DNA of 64,000 bases from Polyangiales bacterium (GCA_036382515.1 DASVHQ010000009.1:28260-92259); one strand, 5' to 3'; shown: positions 19,937 to 29,481, counted from the first letter of the stretch. Made by a program: numbers and translations. Notes: generated by a model not told the origin, from the sequence alone.

Positions 19937-20212
19937 CGACCGCGTTCCCTCGTTCCGAATCGGCGCCATACTAGCACTAGCTCGCGCACCGCATAGCGCG
20001 AGAAATGACCGCGTTCACCCGCACTGCTCCGCCACCCGTAATGATCTACTCTCTGCCAGTGGTCTTCAGCATTGACCCCGTCTGCGTGTTGACGTAGATT
20101 GTACAACGTTAGCACAGTTGGGAACTGCGTGTCGCCCGGCACAGGCGTGCTGCCGTGGCGAGCGTTCGTGTGGCACGCTACACACGCTACACTGGTCGCT
20201 GGAGTACGAGAT

Positions 20213-20590
20213 ATGATCACTCGCCGTTCGGGCATTCTCGCGTTGCTTTTCCTATCCATTCTGGCCGTATCGTGTGCACAGGGCGCGGCCGCGACTCCGC
20301 CGGACGCGAGTACCACAGCAGCAAGTCCGCCGGACGCGAGTACCACAGCAGCAAGCATGCCGACCACCCCGGTATGCGGCAATGGCAAGCTCGAAAAGGG
20401 CGAGGCGTGCGAGTGTCCGACTGGCACCACCGGCACCTGTGCCGTCACCGACCCCACGCAGACCTGCGCGTCGCTCGAAACCGGGACCAGCGGCGTGCTG
20501 CTCTGTGACGCGGCGAACTGCATGCTCGACCCCAACACCTGCGTGCCCGGCAGCATGGCTGGGAGCGGTGGCAGCGGCACCGGCGGCTGA
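20213..20590 (+). CDS. small lipoprotein with a Myxococcus-type Cys-rich repeat
   Basis: ORF 20099..20590 trimmed to MITRRSGILALLFLSILAVSC (lipobox). CGNGKLEKGEACEC motif. Contains the duplicated decapeptide PPDASTTAAS. Confidence 0.6.
   Translation: MITRRSGILALLFLSILAVSCAQGAAATPPDASTTAASPPDASTTAASMPTTPVCGNGKLEKGEACECPTGTTGTCAVTDPTQTCASLETGTSGVLLCDAANCMLDPNTCVPGSMAGSGGSGTGG
20296..20355 (+). repeat. perfect 30-bp tandem duplication (2 units) inside the lipoprotein gene
   Basis: tccgccggacgcgagtaccacagcagcaag occurs at 20296-20325 and again at 20326-20355. It is in frame and encodes two copies of PPDASTTAAS. Confidence 0.9.
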
Positions 20591-20635
20591 TCGTCGCAGG
20601 CAGCGTCCAGTGCGAACGCCGCGCACCCAGCCAGC

Positions 20636-22138
20636 GTGACCAAGGCAGTCGACACCAGCACAGCGCGGCGCTTCCGGAGAACGGGCGAGCGGCTGCTTTG
20701 TTGCGTGCTGCTAGCGAACTGCGGCGAGACGGTCCACGCACCGAGCCGCAAGAGCACGCTGACCAGCGCGACCGACCTGCACACACCTCGCACGAGTGAG
20801 CCGGCCGCGAACACCGCGACCGCGAGCCGCGGCGTCACAGAAGCGAGCGCAGCGGCTGCCACGGGTGACGCTGGCCAGTCGCCGCCGTCAGCGACGGACG
20901 CGACGAGCCCGGCTGCGCTCGTGCACCCGATCGCGATCGAGGATCCGACCGGCCACGCATTCAACTCGTTTCACGCGGCGCTGCGCGCGATCCGCACCGA
21001 GCGTCGCAAGGTACGGATCGTGTTCTACGGCGCGTCGCACGTCGCTGCGGACTTCTACACCGACGTGATTCGCTCGCGGCTGCAAGCCAAGTTCGGCGAT
21101 GCGGGAGCGGGCTTCGTGGTCCCGGCCAGGCCTTTCGGCGGCTATCGCAACGCGTGCATCGAGCTCGAGCCGGCCGTCGGCTTCCGCGGTGTCGACGTCA
21201 AGGCCAAGGCGCCGGCCGAGGATCGCTACGGCCTGGCGGGCGTGTACTTGCGAGCGCGCCAGAAGCCGGCGAGCGCGGCGCTCGCCACCCGACCGCACGA
21301 CGGGCTGTCGGGCGCCGCCTCGCGCTTCGAACTCTACTACTTGAAGCAGCCACGCGGTGGACGCGTGCGCGTGAGCATCGACGGCCAGCTGCGACGCGAA
21401 CTCTCCACGAGCGGTCGAGCTCCGACCGCGGCGTACCAGACCTTCGATGTGTCCGACGGACAGCACCGCTTCGAGCTGGCGACCGCCGGCGATGGGCTGG
21501 TGCAGATCTTCGGAGTCGCCGTGGAACGCGATGCCCCGGGCGTCGTGCTCGACACGCTTGGCATCCCGGGCTCGCGCGTCGCCTACCAGCTGCTGTGGGA
21601 CGATGCGATCTACCGGGAACACCTGACGCGACGTCATCCGGATCTGGTGGCGCTCGCGTATGGGACGAACGAATCGGGCGACGACGAACCCATCGAACAA
21701 TACACAGCCGACATGCGCCGCGTCGTGGCACGCGTGCGCGAGGTGGCACCGCAGGCGTCGTGCTTGCTGATTGGGCCGAGCGACCGTCCCATCGCGCACG
21801 ACGACGGCACCTGGAGCGAGCGCTCGCGCACCGCGGAGATCGTGAACGCGCAGCGCGCCGTGGCCGCCGAATACGGCTGCGGCTTCTTCGATCTCGTCGC
21901 TTTCATGGGCGGGCCTTCGTCGATGCTGCGCTGGATGAGCTCCGAACCGCCGCTGGCGACGGCCGACCACGTGCACTTCACGCGTCGCGGCTACGAGGAG
22001 CTAGGACGTGTTCTCTACGAGGCGCTGATGGCGGGCTATGCACCCGCCGCTGCGGAGGCTTCGGAAGCGGTGCCCGATTCCGCAAGCAGCCACATGGTGC
22101 TCGACACGGTCGCGCCGGGCAGCATCGCGCAGCCGTAG
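20636..22138 (+). CDS. SGNH/GDSL-like hydrolase or acyltransferase (paralog of 23597..25102)
   Basis: GTG start. N-terminal lipobox-like LLANC. Block I FYGASHVAAD, FGDAGAGF, block III AYGTNES, block V ADHVHFT. Collinear with the paralog over the whole catalytic region. Confidence 0.65.
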   Translation: MTKAVDTSTARRFRRTGERLLCCVLLANCGETVHAPSRKSTLTSATDLHTPRTSEPAANTATASRGVTEASAAAATGDAGQSPPSATDATSPAALVHPIAIEDPTGHAFNSFHAALRAIRTERRKVRIVFYGASHVAADFYTDVIRSRLQAKFGDAGAGFVVPARPFGGYRNACIELEPAVGFRGVDVKAKAPAEDRYGLAGVYLRARQKPASAALATRPHDGLSGAASRFELYYLKQPRGGRVRVSIDGQLRRELSTSGRAPTAAYQTFDVSDGQHRFELATAGDGLVQIFGVAVERDAPGVVLDTLGIPGSRVAYQLLWDDAIYREHLTRRHPDLVALAYGTNESGDDEPIEQYTADMRRVVARVREVAPQASCLLIGPSDRPIAHDDGTWSERSRTAEIVNAQRAVAAEYGCGFFDLVAFMGGPSSMLRWMSSEPPLATADHVHFTRRGYEELGRVLYEALMAGYAPAAAEASEAVPDSASSHMVLDTVAPGSIAQP

Positions 22139-22244
22139 TTGGGTTGGTCGGCGTCGGCCACGACCTTGCGCACGCCTGTGCGCTCGACCTGCGAGCCACA
22201 CCAGGAAGTTGCGCTCAGGGGTTGCGCAGTGCGACGCAAGGCTC

Positions 22245-22835
22245 GTGCGCATCGCAGGCGTTCTCGCGCTGGGTCTGGTCTTGTGCTGCCTCCTCGGCGC
22301 GTGGCTGGCGGTGCGCATGCAACGCTGGCGGGCGAGCGCGCGCGGGCGTGTGGCCAACGCGCGCGGAAAACGCGGGGAGCGGAGTGCTGAACGCATCCTT
22401 GCGGCCCACGGCTACAGCATCGTGGCTCGGCAGTCGCGAACCTCGTACGGGCTGGTAGTCGACGGCGCGGTGCAACAGGTCGAGCTCGTCATGGACCTCA
22501 TCGTGGAGCGCGGGGGCGAGCAGATCATCGCTGAGGTGAAGACCGGATCCTCCGCGCCTCGGCTGGAGCGCGCCGAGACACGCCGGCAGCTGCTCGAGTA
22601 CCAGCTGGTCACCGGGTCGCGCTGCGTGTTGCTGGTGGACGCGGACGCGGAGACCATCACGGAGGTCGCCTTTCCGGGCACGCACGCGCCACGCGCAGCG
22701 GCAGGCGCGTGGCGCGCCGTGGCGATCGTTGCGTTGCTGCTGTTGGCGGCGGCGTGGTGGACGCGCCGCGACCCGACTCGCACCGGCGCGCAGCTGCACC
22801 GCGGCAGAGCTAACGCAACCCACGTCGTGCACTGA
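22245..22835 (+). CDS. membrane-anchored PD-(D/E)XK nuclease-fold protein (YraN/Hjc-like core)
   Basis: ORF 22038..22835. GTG 22245 gives an N-terminal TM (IAGVLALGLVLCCLLGAWLAV). Core GERSAERILAAHGYSIVARQ...DLIVERGGEQIIAEVK (D..E.K). Second hydrophobic helix near the C-terminus (AVAIVALLLLAAAWW). The start is uncertain; ATG 22317 is the alternative. Confidence 0.5.
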   Translation: MRIAGVLALGLVLCCLLGAWLAVRMQRWRASARGRVANARGKRGERSAERILAAHGYSIVARQSRTSYGLVVDGAVQQVELVMDLIVERGGEQIIAEVKTGSSAPRLERAETRRQLLEYQLVTGSRCVLLVDADAETITEVAFPGTHAPRAAAGAWRAVAIVALLLLAAAWWTRRDPTRTGAQLHRGRANATHVVH

Positions 22836-22984
22836 ACGGGTGACGTGAGCACGCGCCTGCCTGACCAAGCGGGCTTGGCGTGAGAACCGCGCACGCTCGC
22901 GCGTCCTCAGTCGTGCGTGCACACACGCTAGCGGCATCTACACGATGTCGACCTCCCGCACGCATCCCCGTCCTGGGAGCGAGT

Positions 22985-23511
22985 GTGCATTCGGGTGCGC
23001 GTGCGGTCTCAGGCCGCCGCTTTCTGAAGACGAGCACTGCGATCGGAGCGGGAGTCGCGCTCGGATCGCTTGTGTTGCAGCTGTCGGCGGGCCCGACGAC
23101 GGAACAATCTACACCGCCAACCCGCCCATGGTCGTCGCGTCGCAGAGCCTCGCGAACCACGACGCCTTGGCCTCCAGCATCCTGGTGACGCTCGACCAGA
23201 TCGCACCCAACCCTGCCGCCGGCATGGTCTACAACGCAGGCTTGGCGCCTCTGGCGAACTCGGCGTTCGCGGGCGGGGCAGCCGTCGGCACCGGAGCCGC
23301 GGGCGCATGAGTGTCGGGCTCACCGAACTCGAGCTACACGGCACATCCCTTCGAGCAGGGGATCACGCACGACGCAGCCACGAGCCGGGGCTGGGAGCTC
23401 ACCGGCGGCAAGCCGACCAGCATTCGCATCGCGATCGATGGCGATGCACCCGACCCCATGCTGCGCGCGGGACTGCAAACGCACAGCGAGGGGTTGTGCG
23501 CCTTCGGGTGA
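22985..23511 (+). pseudogene. possible decayed gene for a Tat-exported protein
   Basis: GTG 22985: MHSGARAVSGRRFLKTSTAIGAGVALGSLVL (twin-arginine signal). The reading appears to continue in another frame from ~23090 (ORF 22945..23310). It then crosses an in-frame TGA at 23308 into ORF 23311..23511. The mature part was not recognised. Confidence 0.3.
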
Positions 23512-23596
23512 GCGCGGCACTACCGACCGTTGGAGCAACGCGCAGACTCTGGTGACCGCGGTCCACGCGAAGTGATGCACCGCGCGTAGAGGCGGC

Positions 23597-25102
23597 TCAG
23601 CGCGGCTTGGCGAGGTATTCCGCGAAGCCCTTGATCAGCGCCTGGTAGTACAGGTTGGCGATCACCTGATAACCGGCCGGTGTGGCATGGCGGAAGTCGG
23701 AGCTGATCAAGCGCGGGTGCCGATGGAACCAGCGCGCGACCGAGCCCGGGCCCCCCATCGCGTGAAAAGTGTCGAAGAACGCGCAGCCCTCGGTGCGAGC
23801 CACGCGCCGCTGGGCCTCGACGATCTGCGGCAGCACCGAGAGCGTGACCAGGTCGCCACGTGAGTTGCGCTCGCCCTGATCGAGCGGCGCAAACAGCAAG
23901 CACGACATCGTGGGCTTGCCCGCGCGCATGAGCTTGACGACCTTCGTCAGCTCACGTTCGTAGCGCTCGGGGTCGAGCCACTCGTTGCCGGCTTCATTGC
24001 CGCCGAAGCCGAGTACCAGCAGATCGGGACTGCGATGCGCGATCTGCCGCGCCATATGCTCCGGGTCGGCGCCGAGCAAGCGCTCGGCGCGAGCGCCGAC
24101 GAGGCCGACGGAGTCGTAGACGACGCCGGGCACGTCGCGCTCTTGCACGACGCCGTAGAGCCGCACGTCGTTGCCGAAGGTGCGCAGTGACAAGAGATGC
24201 TTGCCGTCGGGGACGTTCACGATCTGCCAGGCGTCTTCGACGGTCGCGGAGCGCGTGCTCACGGTGCTCACCGGTGCGCCATCGACCGAGAGCCGCACGT
24301 CGCCACCGCCGGGGAAGCGCTGGTAGTAGAGCTCGAAGCGCGAGGCGCTGTGACCGACCGGCGCCTTGTCCACGGTCGCGAACACCGAGTGCTCGCCCGC
24401 GGCGCCGTGTGCGAGCACGCCGCCGTAGCCGTAGAAGCCGTTGCGCAGCGGTCGCTCCACGATCGACTGCACCTGCCAGCCGCTGCTCTCCCGGTGCTCG
24501 ATGTCGTGGTGCAGGTAGTGCATCGTGCCGCGCGCCACGAGCATGAAGCCGTGGCCGGCATCGCCGAAGCGTTGCTGCAGCTTGCGACGCACGGTGAAGG
24601 TGATCTCGTCGGCGGCGATCGTGGAATCGCCGTAGTGGGAGACGCGCGTGATCGCCGCCGGCTCGGCAGCGGCGGTCCGACGCAGCGCGCCGTAGAAAGC
24701 CTCGAGCGCGGAGGGGTTCTCGATCGTCTGCTGCACCTCAGCGTATTCGCTCGGGTCGATGGTGAACCCGGGGCCTGCAGCGGGCGGCGGCGAGCCCCCC
24801 TCCTGCATGTCGCCCTCGGTCGCGGAGTGGCCTGGCGCGCCACTGGCTTCGTGCTGAGAGCTCTGCACGGCGGCCGCGGCGTTACCGCCCTCGAACTCCG
24901 GCAAGTCGGCGTGCGTCTCGCGCGTGAACAGCCGCAGCACCGGGACGCCCTCGCCTTTCACCCAGGGCCGCACGCGATCGAGGCCGGGCACCAGGTACGT
25001 GGCGAGGGACACGACCAAGAAGCTCGCCGCGACCACAGCCATGCGACGCAGCGCGTCCACGGTGCTGCGATCGATCGGGCCTACGGACTTGGATACTTCC
25101 AT
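23597..25102 (-). CDS. SGNH/GDSL hydrolase-family protein (AlgX/AlgJ/PatB-like O-acyltransferase partner)
   Basis: N-terminal TM. Block I HYGDSTIAAD, FGDAGHGF, block III GFGGNEAG, block V SDFRHAT. Lies 6 nt downstream of the MBOAT gene. Confidence 0.7.
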   Translation of the reverse strand: MEVSKSVGPIDRSTVDALRRMAVVAASFLVVSLATYLVPGLDRVRPWVKGEGVPVLRLFTRETHADLPEFEGGNAAAAVQSSQHEASGAPGHSATEGDMQEGGSPPPAAGPGFTIDPSEYAEVQQTIENPSALEAFYGALRRTAAAEPAAITRVSHYGDSTIAADEITFTVRRKLQQRFGDAGHGFMLVARGTMHYLHHDIEHRESSGWQVQSIVERPLRNGFYGYGGVLAHGAAGEHSVFATVDKAPVGHSASRFELYYQRFPGGGDVRLSVDGAPVSTVSTRSATVEDAWQIVNVPDGKHLLSLRTFGNDVRLYGVVQERDVPGVVYDSVGLVGARAERLLGADPEHMARQIAHRSPDLLVLGFGGNEAGNEWLDPERYERELTKVVKLMRAGKPTMSCLLFAPLDQGERNSRGDLVTLSVLPQIVEAQRRVARTEGCAFFDTFHAMGGPGSVARWFHRHPRLISSDFRHATPAGYQVIANLYYQALIKGFAEYLAKPR

Positions 25103-25108
25103 GACGGA

Positions 25109-26554
25109 TCAGAACTGAAAGTAGATGTAGGGTACAACATCCTGCGTCGCGACGAGCATGAGCGCTCCGGCCACGCCGGCCAGCACGAGGCCCTGCGCGG
25201 GTGCCGAGAGCTCGATGAACCGCTGCTTGCTCGCTTCGAACAGATCCCGGGGCGTGTAGTGAGCGGCGTAGCCGACCAACAAGAGCAGCCACACCGACGC
25301 GTTCACGTGAAAGCTCGCTGTCGTGCCTTCGAGGAGCTGGCGAATCACGCCGAAGGCGTCGGCCACGCTGGGCGAGCGAAAGAAGATGCGCGAGAGCACG
25401 ACGAAGTGCAGCGTGCCGAAGATCTTCAGCGCACGCATCCATGGCGCGTCGACCGTGTGCGCGCTGCGCCCCGAACGCCGGTAGAAGTAGCGGTGGATGA
25501 CCATCGCGCTGGCGTGGAGCACGCCGTAGATGACGAACGTCCAGGCCGCGCCATGCCACAGCCCGACCAGAAAGACCGTGAGCCACAGGTTGAAGTAGGC
25601 GCGCAGCGGCGCCACCTGCGAGCCGCCCAGCGGGAAGTAGAGGTAGTCGCGCAGCCACGTGGACAGCGTCATGTGCCAGCGCCGCCAGAATTCCGCTGGG
25701 CTGTGCGCCTGGTACGGCCGGTCGAAGTTCTCGGGCAGACGCAGGCCAAACAACATGGCCGAGCCGCGCGCGACGTCGGTGTAGCCCGAGAAGTCGCAGA
25801 AGATCTGCAGCGTGTAGGCGTAGAGGCCAACCATGACCTCGAGCGACGAGTAGGCCGTGGGATCGTCGAACACGCGATCGACGAGGTTCACCGCCAGGTA
25901 GTCGGCGAAGACGATCTTCTTCACCAGACCCGTGGCGATCAAGAACGCGCCCTCGCCCACGCTCTGCGCGCTCAGGCGCGGGCGGTGATCGAGCTGCGGC
26001 AAGAAGTCTGCGGCACGCACGATCGGACCCGCCACAAGGTGTGGGAAGAACGTGATGAAGAACGCGAAGCGCACGAAGTTGCGCGTGGGCTCGATGCGAC
26101 CGCGGTAGACGTCGATCGTGTAGCTGAGGCTCTCGAACGTGTAGAATGAGATGCCGACGGGCAGCACCACGTCGAGGTGATGCGGCGAGAGCGACAGCCC
26201 GAGCAGGCGCGCGCCGTCGGCGACCGCACCCGAGAAGAAGTTGTAGTACTTGAACGTGCCCAAAAGCCCGAGGTTCACCATGACGCTCGCGGCCAGCCAC
26301 CAGCCCTTGCTGCGAGGGGTGGGCGCTGCGTGGATGGCGCGACCGGCGAAGTAGTCGACCGTGATCGAGAACAGGATCAGGACGATGTACGCCGGGTTCC
26401 ACGCCATGTAAAAGACGCACGACGCGAAGAGCACGAACGCCAAGCGCAACGTGGCCCGACGCGCGAGCGCGAAGTACCCCGCGATCGCCAGCGCGAGGAA
26501 AACGAAGTAGTCGAGCGAGTGGAAGTTCACGAGGGGTGGACAGACCCCGCCCAT
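25109..26554 (-). CDS. MBOAT-family membrane O-acyltransferase (AlgI/PatA/DltB-like)
   Basis: Multi-TM protein. VNFHSLDYFVFLAL N-terminus typical of AlgI-like proteins. FWRRWHMTLSTWLRDYLYFPLGG contains the conserved His. The start is ambiguous (26599, 26554 or GTG 26530). Confidence 0.85.
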   Translation of the reverse strand: MGGVCPPLVNFHSLDYFVFLALAIAGYFALARRATLRLAFVLFASCVFYMAWNPAYIVLILFSITVDYFAGRAIHAAPTPRSKGWWLAASVMVNLGLLGTFKYYNFFSGAVADGARLLGLSLSPHHLDVVLPVGISFYTFESLSYTIDVYRGRIEPTRNFVRFAFFITFFPHLVAGPIVRAADFLPQLDHRPRLSAQSVGEGAFLIATGLVKKIVFADYLAVNLVDRVFDDPTAYSSLEVMVGLYAYTLQIFCDFSGYTDVARGSAMLFGLRLPENFDRPYQAHSPAEFWRRWHMTLSTWLRDYLYFPLGGSQVAPLRAYFNLWLTVFLVGLWHGAAWTFVIYGVLHASAMVIHRYFYRRSGRSAHTVDAPWMRALKIFGTLHFVVLSRIFFRSPSVADAFGVIRQLLEGTTASFHVNASVWLLLLVGYAAHYTPRDLFEASKQRFIELSAPAQGLVLAGVAGALMLVATQDVVPYIYFQF

Positions 26555-26625
26555 GGCGCGCGGGGGCCCCTTTTTAGCCGTGGCCACGCGTTCGGGCAAC
26601 GCGTGCCGGTGTTATGCTGGCCGGC

Positions 26626-27072
26626 ATGCGTATCGCGCTGTGCTCCGACGAGCCCTACCCCGTGCACGCCACGGTCCAGCGCTGGCTGCAGGAGCACGGG
26701 CACGCAGTGATCAGCTTCGGGGCGGTGGCCAGCGGCCAGCCGGAACCCTGGGCCGAGGCGGCCGAGCAGGCAGCCGTCAGCGTCGCCACCGGCACCTGCG
26801 ATCAGGGCATCTTCTTCTGCTGGACCGGGACGGGCATCAGCATCGCCGCCAACAAGGTGGCCGGCATCCGGGCGGCCCTGTGCTCCGACCCCGGCCAAGC
26901 CGCTGCAGCGCGGGTCTGGAACCACGCCAACGTGCTGTGCCTGTCCAACCGCACGCTCGCAGACGACCTGGCCAAGGAGATCCTCGCGGCCTGGTTCGAC
27001 ACCGTCCCCGGCGACAAGGGCACAGCGGGGGTGCGCCAGCTGGCTGCTGTCGACGCGCGCCACAGGAAGTGA
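26626..27072 (+). CDS. rpiB: RpiB/LacA/LacB-family sugar-phosphate isomerase
   Basis: MRIALCSDE... and CWTGTGISIAANKVAGIRAA motifs. About 148 aa. Confidence 0.8.
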   Translation: MRIALCSDEPYPVHATVQRWLQEHGHAVISFGAVASGQPEPWAEAAEQAAVSVATGTCDQGIFFCWTGTGISIAANKVAGIRAALCSDPGQAAAARVWNHANVLCLSNRTLADDLAKEILAAWFDTVPGDKGTAGVRQLAAVDARHRK

Positions 27073-27109
27073 CCGGCGCGGCGGCAGCCGGCCGCAGGCC
27101 GCGACCCGC

Positions 27110-28585
27110 TCAGCTCGCAGGCTTCGCAGGCCGCGGCTCACGCGCCACAGCGGCAGGTTCGCCCGCGGGCTTGGCGGTGCCCCACTCGACCTCGCGTGCC
27201 TGTTTGCGCTCGTCGATCGGGAACGGCATCGCTGTGCGCGCGGGCCCGGTCGTGCCGGCGCGCACCATCCCGTAGCTCGAGTCGGAGTGCCAAAAGAGGA
27301 ACCCATCCGCCCCACCCGAGCGCGCGCCACGGATCTGCTCGGCGATGAACTCGGGGTTGTAGTAGTCGGCCCCGCTGCTGAACGCCTGCAGGAACGGCCG
27401 GATCACTGGGCCCGGTCCCAGACGGTCGCGCATCGACTTCACGCCGCGCTCCACCAAGACTCCGGCGCGACCCTCCTTCACCTGCAGCATCCACTGGCGC
27501 ATCTCGCGCACGTACAGCATCGGGGAGAACACCTCGACGTGCTTGGCCCAGGCCTCGATCACCTGACCGAGCCCGTCGGGGTCGCCCTTGTGGAACGCAC
27601 TCACACCGAAGACATCGACGCCCAGCGGGATGTGCACCGCTTCGTCGATGCGCCGCAGCAACTCGATGAGCACGTCTTGACGCGGCTTGTCGGTGTAGGC
27701 GGGGAAGACCGCGAACTTCGTGGCCGCGTCGACGGGAAAGCGGATGTAGTCGAGCTGCAGCTCGTCGAAGCCGATGGCCTCGACCTCTTTCGCAATCGAC
27801 ACGAAGAGCTCGTGGTTCTTCTCGTTGTACGGATCGAGCCAGGTATTGCGATGCGCGTTCTTTTCCCAGATGTCGCCGACGTGACCGGGGCGGTTCTCCA
27901 GTATCGCACGATCGGGATAGGCCCGCGGCAGCACCGGATCGCTGAAGCAGACGATGCGCGCGATGGTGTAGATGCCGGCAGCTTTGAGCTGCTTGATGTA
28001 GTCGGGTGCGTCGCGCAGGAAGATGTGACGCGAGCCGGCGAGTTCTGGAATCTGCGAATCGTAGCTGACCCGCCCCGTCCCGTCCTTCACGTCGATCACG
28101 ACCGCATCGAGACCGGCATCCTTCACCAGCTTGATGAGGCGCGTCGGGCCCAGACGCTGCGCCATCGGAGCGTTGATGTAGAGCCCGCGCGCGCGCTGGC
28201 CCTGCTCCGACACGACGTCGACGTAGCGGTCGTCGGACGCACCGGCAGCTGCGCCGTTGGTGGTGCTGAGCGCTGCCTGCGGCGTTGCGCTCGCTGCGGT
28301 CGCCTCTACAACGCGTTGTTGCACATCGGGCGCTGGCGTGGCGCTCGGCTCGGTGGCAGCTTGCTCGGCGGCGACCGCCGAACTCGCGGCACCCTCGCTT
28401 CCGCCGCCGTCAGCTGCGGAAGGCACAGGCGGTTGTGGCGCGGCAACGGACCACTCGTCCGGCGCGGCCTGCCCAGCCGCGGCTGGGCGCGCCGAGCCGC
28501 TGGCCAGGGAGCTCGCACACCCGCTCAACCACGACAGACCCAGGGCCAGGGCACCCACACATAGCGTATTTCGAGGCTCAAACAT
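27110..28585 (-). CDS. lipoprotein with a putative glycoside-hydrolase (DUF4015/GHL-type TIM-barrel) domain
   Basis: Trimmed to MFEPRNTLCVGALALGLSWLSGC (lipobox), then a low-complexity Ala/Pro linker, then AVVIDVKDGTGRVSY...NTWLDPYN...FDELQLDYIRFP pattern. Confidence 0.6.
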   Translation of the reverse strand: MFEPRNTLCVGALALGLSWLSGCASSLASGSARPAAAGQAAPDEWSVAAPQPPVPSAADGGGSEGAASSAVAAEQAATEPSATPAPDVQQRVVEATAASATPQAALSTTNGAAAGASDDRYVDVVSEQGQRARGLYINAPMAQRLGPTRLIKLVKDAGLDAVVIDVKDGTGRVSYDSQIPELAGSRHIFLRDAPDYIKQLKAAGIYTIARIVCFSDPVLPRAYPDRAILENRPGHVGDIWEKNAHRNTWLDPYNEKNHELFVSIAKEVEAIGFDELQLDYIRFPVDAATKFAVFPAYTDKPRQDVLIELLRRIDEAVHIPLGVDVFGVSAFHKGDPDGLGQVIEAWAKHVEVFSPMLYVREMRQWMLQVKEGRAGVLVERGVKSMRDRLGPGPVIRPFLQAFSSGADYYNPEFIAEQIRGARSGGADGFLFWHSDSSYGMVRAGTTGPARTAMPFPIDERKQAREVEWGTAKPAGEPAAVAREPRPAKPAS

Positions 28586-28748
28586 GGTCGCTGGGCTCAG
28601 TCTGCCCGACCCCGGCGCGCACGTGCAACACATTGATTTGGCTGAGCAAATGAAGATGGGGCGGGGGCGGACGCCGCTGGCCGATGCGCCCGACCGTGCC
28701 CCCGCCCGCGTGACGCCCCAACCGAACCACGCTAGCTTGCAGCGCACA

Positions 28749-29429
28749 GTGAACTTCTTCTCTCATGCCACCTTGGCATCGTGGCGCTCTGCCGACCCCC
28801 GCTTCCTGCTCGGCTCGATGCTGCCGGATCTGGTGGGCATGATGGGAACCCGGATCGAGGCGGTGACCGATCCGGAGCTGGCGGCCGGCGTCGAATACCA
28901 TCACGCCACGGACGCGGCATTCCATCATGCGCCGGTCTTCACGCAGCTGTGCGCCGAATCGATGATCGAGCTCACCGAGCAGGCGGTCGAGCGGGGCACC
29001 GCTCGCGCGGTCGCGCACGTCGGCGTGGAGCTCTTGCTCGATGGCGTGCTGAGCTTCGACCGCGTGGCGAGGACTCGCTACGCCCAGGCGCTCGGCAGCG
29101 CGCTCGACGCGCCGCTCGAAGGTCGGCTCGCCCTGCGCCGTGCCGGCGATCAGCTGCGCCTGCAGCGTGGCATCGCGCGCCTGCAATGCGCCCCCGTGCC
29201 GGAGGGCTTCCGCGAGCCCGACTTCGTGGCAGAACGCCTGCGCGACATCCTAGGCCGGCGACCACGCCTGGCGCTGCGCGACGGCGACTTCGAAGTGGTC
29301 CGACTCTGGGCGCACGCGACGCGCCCGCGCGTCGCCGCGCACTCCTGCAGCTTGCTCGATCAGGTCCGGCAGGGGCTCGCGACCGCATCTACCGCCGCCC
29401 CGGCCGCCGCCCTGGCTGCCGACGCGTAG
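28749..29429 (+). CDS. AcpH/DUF479-like hypothetical protein
   Basis: GTG 28749 gives VNFFSHATLA...LLGSMLPDL...EYHHATDAAFHH, reminiscent of the ACP phosphodiesterase N-terminus (MNFLAHL..GNLLADF..H.H...D). Both the start and the family assignment are tentative. Confidence 0.4.
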   Translation: MNFFSHATLASWRSADPRFLLGSMLPDLVGMMGTRIEAVTDPELAAGVEYHHATDAAFHHAPVFTQLCAESMIELTEQAVERGTARAVAHVGVELLLDGVLSFDRVARTRYAQALGSALDAPLEGRLALRRAGDQLRLQRGIARLQCAPVPEGFREPDFVAERLRDILGRRPRLALRDGDFEVVRLWAHATRPRVAAHSCSLLDQVRQGLATASTAAPAAALAADA

Positions 29430-29481
29430 CAGCCCTGGCCCGCGCACGCCGTCGAGTCGCGTGTCGTCCCGCGCGCAGCGA

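Noticed and set aside
23308-23310. In-frame TGA as a possible selenocysteine codon
   Set aside because: There is no recognisable SECIS-like hairpin immediately downstream and no selenoprotein family context. The gene also has a separate frame break, so decay is the simpler explanation.
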